Assembly: GCA_009914755.4 (NCBI GenBank) | Contig: CP068257.2 | Span: 23,744,001-23,808,000 of the forward strand | DNA from: the human T2T-CHM13v2.0 reference genome, Homo sapiens | Direction of reading: 5' to 3' | Length of the DNA stretch: 64,000 nt | Part shown: positions 36,301-55,074 of the stretch, one piece after another | How positions within the stretch are numbered: the stretch's first letter is position 1 | Layout of the letters: every line of letters begins with the position of its first letter | Notes under the pieces: generated by a model | What the model was told of the DNA's origin: nothing | What the model saw: the letters and a program-made list of their open reading frames with translations, nothing else | Databases searched by the model: none | Position numbers and translations under genes: made by a program

Positions 36301-39300
36301 TATAACCTACAAGAATATTAGGATCATTTCTTATTAGAAAAGACAGATTCATCAATTGGTGGCAAACATGAAACCCAGGAGGTTTCACACTGTATCTCTA
36401 AGACACTTAATATTTATCTTCCCTGAAACCATAGGGAATTGATGTTCCAGAAAAAAAATCATTTTACGTGTGTTTTTGTCATCTAAAAAGTATGTTTTGA
36501 GTAGTTTATTAGAATTATTTGGATATTTATGAATATTAAGGCTTTATTCATCACAAACAATACGGAAATAAGGGGAAATATGAGAGTCCCTTTGCTTCTC
36601 TCTAAGTTTTTAGCCTCTTCTTGAATATGTGCCCATGGTGCCTGGTGCCTGCAAGTGTTTTTTGTGAAGGTGGGTGGTTTTGATGCCCTGCTCATGGCAT
36701 TGGCCGTTAATTGAACCTGACCTTGGCAAGTACTGTCGACAGTAACAGTAGCTTGTCTACATTCCCAATTCAACAACAGCCATGTGCTTTAAGGTTATGT
36801 TTTTTATTTTTACTTTTAATTTTGTATACTTTGGTAGCATTCAATTTATATGTCTGAATTATTTTTTAATTTAAATATAAACTAGTATATCAGTTACTTA
36901 TCCAAAGGAATAATTCTTGGTCTATTTTTAAAGCATTTTTGTTGAATTTGTGATAGATTGGTTCAGACACATCTATAGTTAAGAGGCTTTGGTTTAGTTC
37001 TGAATTACAGCAGGAAGTTGCAAAATACTATATAAGCTCAGGAAAGTAGTCTATTTTCATGGAGCAAATTTCAGCTAGCCAATTTTTCTAGAACAGTCAA
37101 CTTGAAGATTTCATCCTTTCCACAAAAACTAATTGATTATCTACTATGGGTCAAACATTGTGCTACATGTTTATTCCAAATATCAATAGGTTCAAAATTA
37201 AATTTGCTATTTATATTATATTGGAAAACATTTTGAAGCTTCATAATGTATGCTAGGTCTATAAATATACTAGAATGAAGGACAGCAATCAGTCAGCATG
37301 AAACCATTCTTTTTGTATTCTACAGCTAACTGAACAAGGAAGGAAGAAAAGTGATGTCTGAGTTTGCTAATATGTTACATATCTATGAGCACCAGAAATG
37401 AGGTCTAATAGTTAACAATTTATAAATCAAAGAAAGATTTATCCTGGGAAATTGATTTCTATTTGAACACGAATGTATTAATAAAAATTCTGATATAAGT
37501 AGAATAGTTTCATATTTACCAGTATCTTGGCATGGTCCCTTTAACCACTCTATTTTTGATTATTTAAATTAAAATGATAAAGAGAAAGGGAAAAGAGATA
37601 GAATATTAAGAAAATTACCACTGGAATAAAGACGTTTGAATAGATTTAATTTAAATGACTTTAAACCATTTTAGAGAATTATTCTGGTCTGATTCATTAA
37701 TCTAATATTATTATAAATGATTACATTAATTTTATTAAATCCTTTTTATCAACAATGTGATCAACTTGGTAGATAGATGAAGAAAAACACAAAAATCAAA
37801 TCTAACTAAGTTCAAAGTTGTGACCAGAACCTAGTCATGTCAGTTATTTATAATCATAGAGTTTGAGCTTAGGAAATAAAAATATAGTTATGACCTTTAA
37901 AAATTGTTATGGAAAATATCCTATCTCACCAATTTCTCTCTTCTTAGTATTCCCTTATAGCCATTTTTTTCTACTTTGCATTATTTTAAGCTTTTATGTT
38001 TTAAGTATAGATGAGCTTTTTTATTTACCAAAAACTCTCCTTTCTGCCTCAAACACCTTTTTCTCTGTGTCTCTTTCTCTCGTTCACTTTTACATACACA
38101 CATACCACACATGCAGTCTTCTTATTTTCGGTCCTATAATCAATGAACCGTGAAACATTTGTTCTTTGTCGCTTCCCTTTTTCACTTTTTAGAAAAGGAA
38201 TATTATATCTGTTTCTACATAAGAAAGTCAGTGGAAATTTGAAGTAAACTTCTAGATGACTATCCATAGTATACAGTTTTTTAATATCAAGAAAACCAAA
38301 GCACATGTCAATTTTATGCCCCTAATTATTCAAAGTTTGCCTTCACTATACTTATTCCAAATGATAATTGTGAAGAAAAAGCAGCATTTGTAGCCTTTCT
38401 TCTCAATGATATTGAACATACCTTTTATCGTGGAGCTGCTGGAGAAAAACAGTAGAATTCTCCTGTTGTTGAATCAAAATCAAATTCCATTTTCCAGAGA
38501 TTGTTTCATATTTGTTCCTAAAATAATAATGACAGCTCCTCACATCCAAATAACATGCAGAAAAATATATACATGCAATTGCCAGGAAGAACTAAAAATT
38601 TTTTCAAAACCTTTCTGGGTTCTCTAATTTCTATTTAGAAAGTCACTGAAGTGGCAAGACTTCAAATAAGGAAATTCCCCACTGATTGTAAGTTTTGTAA
38701 CTTATACTGGATCAGAGAAGCCTGAAGAAGCTGGGATCCCTGGGGACGCACCCTAGGAGGTTATCTCTTCTGCAGTAGTGACTTTCCTCTCTACATAGAG
38801 AATGTTCTATAGGACTGACAAGCCCCTATGAAAATAACTTGGATTTTAGATATCATAAAAAAGTGCGATGCAAATCCTCTTCCCTTCTATTCTTTCTATT
38901 CCTAGCTTCATGGAATCAACCTATTTCCAATCATTTTTCTCTACAATCTTGTAACTTTAACTATAAAAGGAGACACCATCCCATTGTTTATTTTGTGTTT
39001 ATTTAGAAACTTCTATGATTTCTAATTATTTACAAGGAAAAGGAATCACTCTTTTAAAATATGCAGAGTGTAAACATAAAGGACAATAAGAGAGAGAAAG
39101 GAGACACAATATCAAGAAACGCACAGCTGGAATAAAAATATCTTGAAAAGAATGAACCTGTCTATAATTATGCCCACTTCTTCTGTAGTTATTTAAAGAT
39201 TACCCCATGAATTGAAAGAGGAAGCTTAGGTGATTCATTACAGTAAGAAAAAGAATAAAAAAACAGAGTTATGCTAACTTTCTTTTGGGTCTCCCACCTT

Positions 39301-39729
39301 CTACATCTCAACTACTACCTAAATGTATATCACAGCATCATTAGCCTGGTCTTGTAATTCACAGTGGCCATCTTCCCCCACTCCGGGAGGACTTGATCTA
39401 TTTAAAATGGGCTTCAGCCTTTCCAAGTTCTACCTCTTTTTACTGAATTCCTTGGTGTTTCCAGTATAGAGACAACAGAGGAAATACAATGGGTTCAAAA
39501 GCCAGATACATATTTTCCCAACTGTAACTTCCATGAATCCCACAATCCCCAAAGTATAAAACCCACATTCACACCTTGTGATTCTTGCAAGTGACTCCCA
39601 TCTGGGAATAAGGTGTGGGTAAAGATGAATGAGAAGAACTTAGCAAGAGTCAGGGCTGTAACTTCACTTGCTTTAGAGGCAATGCCAATCATTGGTATCT
39701 GGTCACATATTTGGTATTTAATACACTTA

Positions 39730-40215
39730 TTTTTGTTTTTTGGTTTTGGGGTTTTTTATGATTAATTCATTTTATTTTATTTTTTTAATTTGTCAATTTT
39801 TTATTTAAATAGGTTTTTGGGGAACATGGGGTGTTTGGTTACGTGAATAAGTTCTTTAATGGTGATTTCCAAGATTTTGGTGCACCCATCACCCAAGCAG
39901 GGTACACTGTACCCAACATGTAGTCATTTATCCCTTGCCATCCCCTACCTTCTCCCCTAAGTCCCCAAAGTCCAATGTATCATTCTTATGCCTTTGCATC
40001 CTTATAGTTTAGCTCCCACATATTAGTGAAAACAACGATGTTTGGTTTTCCATTCCTGAGTTACTTTACTTAGAATAATAGTCTCCAGTTCCATCCAGGC
40101 TACTTTAAATGCTATTATTTCATTCCTTTTAATTGCTGAGTAGTATTCCATGGTATATCATTCAGGCTGGTTCCAAATTTTTACAATTGCAAATTGTAAT
40201 ACACATATTTTTGAT
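39730..40215 (-). mobile_element. L1PA-type 3' end fragment (end of ORF2 plus 3' UTR), minus strand
   Basis: T-rich run (A-tail seen from + strand) then aataggtttttggggaacatggggtgtttggttacgtgaataagttctttaatggtgatttccaagattttggtgcacccatcacccaagcagggtacactgtacccaacatgtagtc...ccaaagtccaatgtatcattcttatgcctttgcatccttatagtttagctcccacatattagtgaaaacaacgatgtttggttttccattcctgagttactttacttagaataatagtctccagttccatccaggc...attgctgagtagtattccatggtatat. This is the reverse complement of the L1PA 3' terminus. Confidence 0.8.
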
Positions 40216-43200
40216 AGAATAAAGAAGTGAAGAAATGAAAGTACAGTAGCAACACATCAAATAAAACAGATACCTGGAGGCATAAATATGGCATCTTGGA
40301 GACACATTTTTTTTTGGATAGACTAAGATAAAACATTGATGCTGTTGACTTGTCTCAGCTGTAAGTCAGCCACATCTGGCCCTCATCTCTCTCTTGGCAA
40401 AATTTCTGCTAAACTTTATTAGTTTTCAACTTTTCTCTTGTTAATGACTTCAAATTTTTCTCATTATTAAATAATTTAGTATAGTGTCTGATCAAAATCC
40501 TTCTTTGAATTGTGATAGAGAAATCAAAGTGAAAAAATAAAAGTCATTTGCAAAATCACTGTGGTGACTCAGCTGTCGAAAATAATTCAAACTGGACTTT
40601 CGATATACTAACATATAGCCCCAAATAGTATCAAAATTATTATTTGACCACCGGAAGAGGCCTACTAAGTATCCCTATCCATAATAGAATTTAAGTCATT
40701 TCTTAACCAGAAAATACACAAAACAAGTCTATGTACTGAAATTGACCTGTATACTAAGTAGGAATAAGGAAATTTAGTCCTTTTGTTCAAATCTATGAAA
40801 AATTGCTTCCTTTTTGGGCGGATCTGTTCCAAAAAGTGTTTTGTTTGACTTTACCAAATCTACCATTTGTTTGAGATTTAGTCTGGATCTTTTCAAATGA
40901 AAAACATGAAAGTTTAAGAAAGCTTTGCTCAATACCACACAAAGCAAAATATTTCTTCAACATAGAATTTACTACTCAAGCATTTTTTTTCTAGTTAACT
41001 GCACAAATCAGATTTACTGGATTTTAATGAAAGTAATTATATTAAGAATTAACAACATTCTTCAAATTGTGGCTCATAAAATGTTTGCTAAATACCCCAT
41101 TTAATACTTCCATTGAAAATTTCCTATTCATTTCTTAACCAGAGTTACGGAGAAACACATTAAATTATATTAAGTTCAAGTGCCAAGTAATTAACAAAAA
41201 AAAAAATTTGTTTAGTATGTCTGTTTTATATGACCCTCAATATTTAATCATTTAAATCTCACTTCTAATTATGTCTATTAATATTATTAAACAAACTTTA
41301 GCCTGACAATAAATACAAATTCCCAAGTAAGTATTAGACCACTCTAGGGTATAATAGTATTTCTAATCTGATGTTTACCTATGTTTTGTTTTTCATCTAC
41401 AACACTGACTTTTTTTTTAAGTGGACACAGTAGTTGATTGTGAAGTATTTGAATGTCACACAAGAAATATAAATGTGGGTGCTGACCTCAAAGCACACAG
41501 AAGCTAGGGATGATAGGGTTTTCACATAGTTTAAGGCAGATTCTAATCTGAATGGTACAGCCAAAAAATAATTTTTTTAAGGGTAGAAGTCTTTGTTGAC
41601 TGAAAAATAGTTAAGCTCAAAAAAAGGGTGAAAGTCGACCTTATCTACTGAAGACAATGAGACAATGACAGGAATTCTAGGGGTCCCATATTTGCAGATA
41701 CGGAGGTTGGGTACGAGTTAAAAGGTCACAACACAGATGTAGATGTGATGCTTTTCATCATCAAAAGCATGGTAAAAACTCTAAGTAGATAAAACTCTGT
41801 GAAGGGATTGGTGTAAAAAGGAGAAGAGAAAGCTAAGGACCAATCCTTGAGACACTCCAATGACTGTGATGTAGGAGGGAAAAGCGGGACCCGTGAAGAA
41901 AAGATTGAAGATGTTGTGGTGACACATAATAGAAGAGCAAGAAGTTTTTCAAAGACGAGGTTCTCAAGAAAATCACATGCAGCTGAATGACCCAAGAGGT
42001 GGAAGATTTTAAAAGGCCATTTATTTTCACTAGCAATATGTCACCAATGAGCCATTTCAGGAGTCTATGTTCCAGTAGGCTAAGATTCAATTTCAAAGTT
42101 TACAAATAAAATGAAATGAAAAAAATGAGAGTAAGCATAGACTACTCATTATAAGAGTTGATCATGAAAAGAAATAAATTTTAAGTTTATTAAATAGGTA
42201 TCAATATCCAAAGAAAAACGTTGATTTCTTTAAGGCAAGTGATCCCTGGGCATGACTGGTAACAAGAAAGAATTTAAAAAGGAAAGACTGAGGACCCTAA
42301 GAAGAGTGGAGTGTGGCAAGGTGTGGGAGCAATGTCTGAAAAGCCACAATCAAGGATGTGTCCCAAAGCAGAGAAGAAAGGTTGACTTTTAAAATTAGAA
42401 TAAAAGTAATACTGGTTAACATTTATTGAGCAGTGATTATTTGCACAGAACTGTTTAAATGCTGAATGTACATTATCTCCTTAACTACTTATGAAAACCT
42501 TACAAGGTAGATATCATCATTCCCACTTCCCCTACAAAGAAAGTGAAACCAAAATAAATTAATTCCCCATGATGTCCTAGAAAGTGTGAGGTGGTGTCCA
42601 AACACAGACCTATCTGACTCAAGCTCATGCACTGAAAATTTCTGTTTCTGATTCATTGCTCAGTGTCACAAGGTGTAAGAACACAATTCTAACTTTGTTT
42701 GAGTGGTAGAAGTTATGTTCTTAAAGCTAATATACTAACATATAATTTGAACACTCACAGCTTCTGAAACTGAAAATACACATTCTTCATCCAATGTTTG
42801 CTGTATAGTGTATGCTCAGAGGGGACTCTGAAAGTGGAAAGGGATAAATTCTTACTCCTAGGGCAATTCCTTCTAATGAGGAGAAATCCCTTGATTTCCT
42901 TGGGTGGGGTACACAAACAGAGAAAGATATTAAATAAGGCTTATTTTTATAATTTTATTTCAAGGAGAAAAAAAAATCTCTTCTACTATGCCACCTCTTT
43001 TGTGAATATTGGAGTGGTGTATAAACCCTGAACTTACGCCTCTCTCCTGAGCCAACTCTAACCACACTAAGCCCTATCACCATGAGGAGGTGATAGGGCT
43101 TTTTTAAATAACTTTTTGAGGAACAAAAGTTATTAAACTGAAGAGAAATGTTATCTCAATCATCATTCTGGTGCTAAATCCAAAAGATTCTTTTCAGACT

Positions 43201-46200
43201 TTTTCACTTCTCTGTAGAATATGAAGCTGCTCCTCATCCCTTCTAGTCGTTCTCACCTCCCTTTGTTTTATTGACTATAGTCATTTAATAAATCTACATG
43301 CTTTTCACATACTTTTCACAGGCTCCTCTCCTCTACCCACCCTCTAAATGTTGGAGCTTCTTTGCTCATCTTCTCCTTTCTGTTTCTTCACACTGTCCCT
43401 AAAAGGTCTCTTCCTCTCTACTGACTTGAACTACCACCTCTATGCTGATGAGTTCCAGAAGCATATCTTTAGCTTGGACCTCTCTGCAGAGCTCCAGATA
43501 CATATGTACTATCCTAAACCTCCCTCTCTGGGTGTCCTGTAGAGGTACCCCATCATTTTCACAATAAACTGTTCCTCCTGTATAGCCATTCGTTTGATCA
43601 AACACTCAGTCGAGACAGAAAATTAGTTATTACCTTTGAGGGTGTTTTCTTCTTTATTCATCTCCTCTTCACATTCAATTCAACCAGTAAATTCAGTAAA
43701 TTCTGTTCTAAGTATTCCTCAAATCTTCTCTTCCTCTTCATCCTAATGATCACTGTCTTATTTCAGGAGTCATCTTTTCTTGCATGGACCAGTTTTTAAC
43801 AGAAAACTCTGGTGTCCCTGCCTCCAGTCTTGGTCACTTCCAAATCTGATCTGCACATGGCCTCCAAAGTGATATTTCTAAAATTCAGATTTAATCATAT
43901 TACTCGTATTCATAAAATCATCAACATCTTCCCATTGATTTATAGAAAAATTCAATCTGTTAAGGGTGCTATAAATGATGCCATACAAGGCTCCTACCCT
44001 TTACTCTCATCCTCAATCACTCCCGTATTTTCACTCTAGGTCCCAACTTTACAAAAATGATGTGTTGTTTCCAGAATGTGCACACTCCCTGCCCAATGAC
44101 TGAAATATGGCTGCCCTCCATCACTGTGGGTTGCCTGTTACTCCCCCACCACAATTACCTTCTCCAGAATGCCTTGTCTCATCCTGTCAACCCAGCTTAT
44201 GTGCCTTCTCTATAGCCTCTTAGAGTCTATACTTTCTTTCATTGTAACCTGCTCGGTTTATTACTAACAGGTTTACCAGTATCATTAGAATCTCAGTCAC
44301 TTAAAGGTAAATAATGGTATCTGGAAGCAGTAGAATATATTAATTAAGAGAAGCAGATTTGGAACAAAATAAACGTGGATTTGACTCCCGAAACATCCAC
44401 TTACTTAATAATTGTTTATGTGCAGAGGGGGCCAGGTAGGTTCATGTCTCTGAACTCTAGCCTCTGTATCTATAAAATATACCCGATCATACCTTCTTCT
44501 GAGTGTTTTTTTTTTTTTAGGATTAAAATGAAATAGTACATAGTAAGACCTTGACATAGTACTTGAAGCATGTTAAAATGATATTGTCTTATCCCATTTT
44601 GCCCAACATGTAGCCACCTAGCTACTACATCGTAAGTATTTAGAAAGTACATACATTTGTTACCAGTGCCCCATGATAGCAGTGCCTGATGAAGTCATAA
44701 TGCAATGGAGAGCAAATAGAACAAGTGGAGTCTTCTGAATCCTAATGCACTTTACTGATTCTAGAAAGAATAAATGAGAGGCTATGCAAAATCTCAAGCT
44801 CAGCTAAGGAATATATTTTGTTGAAGGTTTGTGCTTCCATTTTATGGTGATTGGAAAGGGACTGAGCTAGAAAGAAACTGAGCTAGAAAGGAGCTCAGTT
44901 CCTCTCCAATCATCACAAAAATTTACATTCCATAGTATGCAACATCTTGTCAGGAAAAACAAATATAATCCTTCACATGCAATCTTTGCTCACAATTATG
45001 AGATACTGTCTTTATGGGTCTAAATCAGAAATACTGTCTTCTTACAGACTCTTGATGTGATCTGTGCTCATCCTTAATCCTTGGTAAAGTTCCAAAATGG
45101 CTCTGGATCCTACTGACATCTGTTACTAAGGATAATGCATGAAGGAGATGAAGATATCTGTTCTCAATAAACAGAGAAAACATTACTAAAGAAAATGTAG
45201 ATCAATTTCAGATCTCCTTATCCATAGATAAGGAAATGCAAGTTATTAGAGACCTATGAAAAATTGCTGTTCAGACATAAAGATGCATCTTTTTATTTCA
45301 GATCTTTACCACTTAAGTTTAGCCTAGTATTTTTTAAGGCCAATGAAACAGTTGGTGAAAAAGAATAAATGCATTTGTGATCTCCAGTGTGTTCTCTCCA
45401 TTCTAGCAAAAAAAAAAAATTCCAAAAACACTTGTTCATACAGCTACAAGTTTGAGGCTTTTCATAGGAAATAAGATTTGAGGTCTAGACTAATTGATTT
45501 TATAGCTTCACAACTGAATTTTGTAATGTAGCCACAGGTCCATACACAGCAGAAGCTTAGATTAATCCTTTCCAAAAATAAAAGGAAAAAATCCATGTGA
45601 ATCACTTCTAAATGCCTCTGTATTGCAAATGAATGATGTTTGGGTGTGCATTTATACTACTTGTCTAAGATAAGACCTATTTAACAAGATATAGTTTATA
45701 CCTCATTAAAGCAACATCTACTTCTCTTGCTTGGTTACTGGTCTTTCACAGCCAGTCCAATTGGCCAATATAAAATACACTTCCATTCTGAAACCTAAGT
45801 TCCACAAGAGAAAGAACATTTTTCTTTTTAAGTAGATGTATTTCATTATCTTTAAGAGTTTATATTATATACATGACATTACCCCCATTTAATTTTTGTG
45901 CTGGTCAGGGATTATTCAGTGATGAAAAAAGTTTTCCCAAATGAGGGCAAATAAAAACATTTTTGCTGGAAGACTATAAAGGACAACTTCATAGACATTC
46001 AAAAGTGAAAAATAAAATACACCCAGACCTCTTATAAATATATTGGGAACTGGAAAATCAGAAACTGAGATCATCTCTCTTAATTCACATGATTTCTCAT
46101 CTCCTTCTCACTAGTACACTTTACCTCCTGATTTCTGGTCCAATCCATTGAACCCATTTTTTTCACTCAATGTGAGTAAATGTCATATAAAAGGTTGCAG

Positions 46201-47009
46201 GAAGATGCTGCTTCAGGCCATTTTCTCTAAAAGAGACTTGTAAGTACAGAGGTCATTGAAGTTTCATGAACTTCTTTATCCTTTTTGATCAAGTAGCAGA
46301 TTACCTCTAACTAGTCCACAGCTTCCACATGGAAGATGGACAAACATATAGAAATGGGGAAGAAAGAAGAACCAACACACTTGTCAGCAAATTCAACCTA
46401 AGTCAGCCTCTTTTCAATGGGCTCATGGGAAATGAAGCATTTCCTGGGACACAGAGGAGGGAGAGAAAAATCTCCCATTATTGGGGATTGAACCATAAGA
46501 AAATGTTGTTTCATGGCCCCAAATGGCCAAATACCAACATATTATGTGATCCAACTAAATCACAATGGTATAATCAAACAAGTTATTCTGATTATTACCA
46601 ATAGAGACACTAAAATTTTGGCTGTGTATTAAACCCTCTTGCTTTTCACATCTTCTCAATGTATTTATTTTATAGCACATCTGGAACAATCCTTTTATTT
46701 ATTAATGAAGATCGTCTCAATTGCCAAAGTCTATATTTTTCTTCCACTTAATGAAAAATATCCAAAGTTGCTGGTTATGGGCCCATCAGAGATTATTTTC
46801 TCTTAATCATATTTCATTTAAAAAAAACTAGTCAGTTCATTTTTCTAAAAAAAAAATGCATGTTCAGAAAAAAATACAATCACTGAAAGCCCAAATTTCC
46901 AGTACAATTTAATAACAAAAAAGGACGGAGTGGAGTAGGATAGTCACATGGTTCCTGTTATCCACCCCCAAGCTTAAGAAACAGGGAGGTCTAAAATGTA
47001 GTGTGGAAG

Positions 47010-47235
47010 AGTAAAAACAGCATGACCTGCTTTCAGTTCCAAGTTCTTCCTTCTACTGATTGTGCAGTCTTGGGCATGCTGATGAATCAAATCAACCTCT
47101 CTGGCTGCACATGGAAATTGAGGAATGAAAATACTTCTGAGGTAGGGTTGATGTGAGCATTGGTTGAGACAATGCCTTCATTTGTTGAGTTTCTGTTATG
47201 TGCCAGCACTTTACTACAACAGAGATGCAATAGTG
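47010..47235 (+). mobile_element. MIR (SINE) fragment
   Basis: ...ctgattgtgcagtcttgggcatgctgatgaatcaaatcaacctctctggctgcacatggaaattgaggaatgaaaatacttctgaggtagggttgatgtgagcattggttgagacaatgccttcatttgttgagtttctgttatgtgccagcactttactac resembles the MIR consensus (ctgtgtgaccttgggcaagtcacttaacctctctgagcctcagtttcctcatctgtaaaatgggg...gttgttgtgag....aatgagataatgcatgtaaagcgcttagcacagtgcctggcac). Confidence 0.45.
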
Positions 47236-48342
47236 AAGGAAAAGAGAAACACAAGCCCTTTAAGACTTCTTGGCATTTCTGATCTGACAGGTGGACACAG
47301 ACAATAATCAAAGGATTATATGAATAAATCCCAATTATGGTAAATTCTCTGAAAGAGAATAGTGTCCTGAGAATGAGGGGTGGGAGGGAGAGGGGCAAGT
47401 AAACAGAACAGATTGTATGGCCAGAAAGCATATGATTGGACCAAGGAGAACACAAAAGACCTGTGTAGCTAAATGAGGAGAAGCTAGATGTGAAATGGGG
47501 CGTAGAAATTAGGGTCCAGAAATTAAAACTTTACCGTAGATTTTCTGGGACAATAATTTTTGAACTTTACTCAATAAAATGACAAACAATTCAATATTTT
47601 TAAAGAGTAATGATACGATGAGGCTTGAAATTCAAAATGCCAGCCTTGCTACAGTGCAGATAAGAAATTAGAAAAGGGTCAAAAGGATGCAGGAAGCTAA
47701 TCTATTGATCCAGGTGAGGGACATGGCAACCTTGAATCATGTACTGGAAAAATGATGTCTTACTCTCTAGATTCCTCCTCTCTGAGCAGGGCGTCTCCGA
47801 AAGAAAGGCAGCAGCCCCAGTCAGTGGCTTACTGATAAAACTTCCATCTCCTTGGGACAGAGCACCTGGGGGAAGGGACAGCTATGGGGGCAGCCTCAGC
47901 AGACTTAAATGTTTCTGCCTGCCAGCTCCAAAGAGAGCAGCGGATCTCCCAGCACAGCACTCAAGCTCTGCTAAGGGACAGACTGCCTCCTCAAGTGGGT
48001 CCCTGACCCTCGTGCCTCCTGACTGGGAGACACCTCCCAGCAGGGGTCAACAGACATGTCATACAGCAGAGCTCTGGCTGGCATCCAGTGGGTGCCCCTC
48101 TGGGAGGAAGCTTCCAGAGGAAGGAACAGGCAGCAATCTAGGCTGTTCTGCAGCCTCTGCAGGAGATACCCAGGAAACAGGGTCTGGAATAGACCTCCAG
48201 CAAACTCCAGCAGACCTGCAGTAGAGGGGCCTGACTGTTAAAAGGAAAACTAACAAACAGAAAGGAAGAACATCAACATCAACAAAAAAGATGTCCAAAC
48301 GAAACCCCATCCGAAGGTCACCAACATCAAAGAACAAAGGTA

Positions 48343-49311
48343 GATGAATAAATGAAGATGAAGAAAAACCAGGCCAAAAAGGCTGAAAATTCCAAAAACC
48401 AGAACACCTGTTTTCCTCCAAACGATCACAACTCTTCGCCAGCAAGAGAACAAAACTGGACGGAGAATGAGTTTGATGAATTGACAGAAGTAGGCTTCAG
48501 AAGGTAGGTAATAACAAACTCTACTGAGCTAAAGGAGCATGTTCTAACCCAATGCAAGGAAGCTAAGAACCTTGAAAAATGGTTACAGGAATTGCTAACT
48601 AGAATAACCAGTTTAGAGAAGAACATAAATGACCTGATGGAGCTGCAAAACACAGCACGAGAACTTCGTGAAGCATATACAAGTATCAATACCTGAATCA
48701 ATCAAGCAGAAGAAAGGATATCAAAGATTGAAGATCAACTTAATGAAATAAAGCGTGAAGACAAGATTAGAGAAAAAAGAATGAAAAGGAAAGAACAAAG
48801 CCTCCAAGAAATATGGAACTATGTGAAAAGACCAAACCTGTGTTTGATTGGTGTACCTGAAAGTGACTGGGAGAATGGAACCAAGTTGGAAAACACTCTT
48901 CAGGATATGATCCAGGAGAACTTCCCCAACCTAGCGAGACAGGCTGACATTCAAATTCAGGAAATACAGAGAACACCACAAAGATAAGTCTTGAAAGAGC
49001 AACCCCCAAGACAAATAATCATCAGATTCACCAAGGTTGAAATGAAGGAAAAAATGTTAAGGGCAGCAAGAGAGAAAGGTCAGGTTACACACAAAAAGAA
49101 GCCCATCAGACTAACAGTGAATCTCTTGGCAGAAACCCTACAAGCCAGAAGAGAGTGGGGACCAATAGTCACCATTCTTAAAGAAAAGAATTTTCAACCC
49201 AGAATAGCAGATCCAGCCAAACTAAGCTTCATAAGTGAAGGAGAAATAAAATTCTTTACACACAAGCAAATGCTGAGAGATTTTGTCACCACCAGGCCTG
49301 CCTTACAATAG
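48343..49311 (+). pseudogene. L1 ORF1 (ORF1p, RNA-binding chaperone) remnant with stops and frameshifts
   Basis: Six-frame ORFs 48781..48987 and 48991..49311 translate to the C-terminal half of L1 ORF1p. Upstream frames are broken. Start near atgaagatgaagaaaaaccaggcc. Confidence 0.8.
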
Positions 49312-49440
49312 CTCCTGAAAAAAGCACTAAATATGGAAAAGAAAAACCACACCAGCCCCTGTAAAAACATACCAAATTGTAAAAACCATCAACACTATAA
49401 AGAAACTGCATCAACTAACGGGCAAAATAACCAGCTAGCA

Positions 49441-53290
<3,850 letters not shown>

Positions 53291-53493
53291 AGAACACATG
53301 GACATAGGGAGGGGAACATTACACACTGGGGCCTGTCGGGGGTTGGGGGCCTAGGTGAGGGATAGCATTAGGAGAAATACCTAATGTCGATGATGGGTTG
53401 ATAGGTGCAGCAAACCACCATGGCATGTGTATACCTAGGTAACAAACCTGCACATTCTGCACATGTATCCCAGAACTTAAAGTATAAAAAAAA

Positions 53494-53824
<331 letters not shown>

Positions 53825-55074
53825 TTAACATCTTTTACTCTTCCTTTTTTAAAAAAAAATCTCTATCTCTCTATGTATGCTATAGAGAAAACATTTTTGT
53901 ATTTCCTTCAAATTCCCTAATTCTCTTTTTAATTATGCCCAGTCAAGTTATTATCCTGTTGAATTTATTAGATCAACTATAAGAAAAAAAAACTAATGTA
54001 TTGATGTGTTGGGTTGAATGTGGAGAATAAAGGGAAGGGATAAGAGCTAACTCAAAAGTTTCAGGCTTTGGAACTAGATACAAGTTTGAAACACTGAAAA
54101 AGAACAAGATGTGTGATAGGAGGCCTTGGAGATTGTGATATTTTGGGGGACATGTTGAAAATGGGATGTTTCTGAGACATACAAGTGGAAGAATCAACCA
54201 GGCACCTAATTATTCATGTCTGGAGCTCAGTAGGAAAGCCAGCACTACAAAGACAAATTGTGAATTCTATGATGTCTTTGTATTAACTCAGGCTGTACAT
54301 GAAAGTGTAAAGAGATTTCCTAGCAGGGAGAGCATAGAGTGTGAAGAGGAGAGACAAAGATTGAGCTCGACCCAGGAAAGGACGGAATGTGCAAAGGAGT
54401 CAGAGACAGAGCATCTCAGGCAGTAAGAGCAAACCAAAAAACAATCATGATAAAAATTCATTATTTTAAAAAGGAGACTGTGGCTACAACCACCACTAAC
54501 ATTTCTTCCTCTGCTGTCTCCACATTGTAAAAGGAACATAAACTCAGATTGCCCCAGAGCCGTGGTGGGCAGTTCAGGAGTGCCAAGCTGGGCTCTACAG
54601 CCAGCACTCAAGTGGGAGAGGAGCCTACACTCAGAGTATTGAGAGGGGCATGGCTGCAACTGTGAGAAAATATAAGGAAGCCACATGACTGAGCAAGAGC
54701 CCACCAACTGATCAATACACCTAAGTACCACCTACTCGATCACACCTCAAGGCTTCAACACCAAAAATACCTCATTAACAGACTCCTTTGAGAAACCAAA
54801 GACAAAAAGTCAGCTACAAATAAAGACCCTGCACAAAGGCTCAGCTCCATGAAAACACACAGAAAAGAAGTTTATTGACTGTATCAATCTACACTACAGT
54901 TAAAGGAACACCCACATGCAGAGATGAGAAAGAACCAATGCAAGAATACTGGTAACCGGTAACTCAAATGGTCAGAGTGTCATATGTCCTCCAGATGATT
55001 GCACCTGTTCTCCAGCAAGGGTTCTTAACCCTGTTGAGCTGGCTGGAATGACAGTATTCAGAACATAAATAGAA

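Noticed and set aside
47739-48224. 161-aa + strand ORF and overlapping 128-aa minus-strand ORF (48059..48445)
   Set aside because: Both lie in the L1PA 5' UTR and the start of ORF1. L1 5' UTRs are GC-rich and give spurious frames. No independent protein signal.
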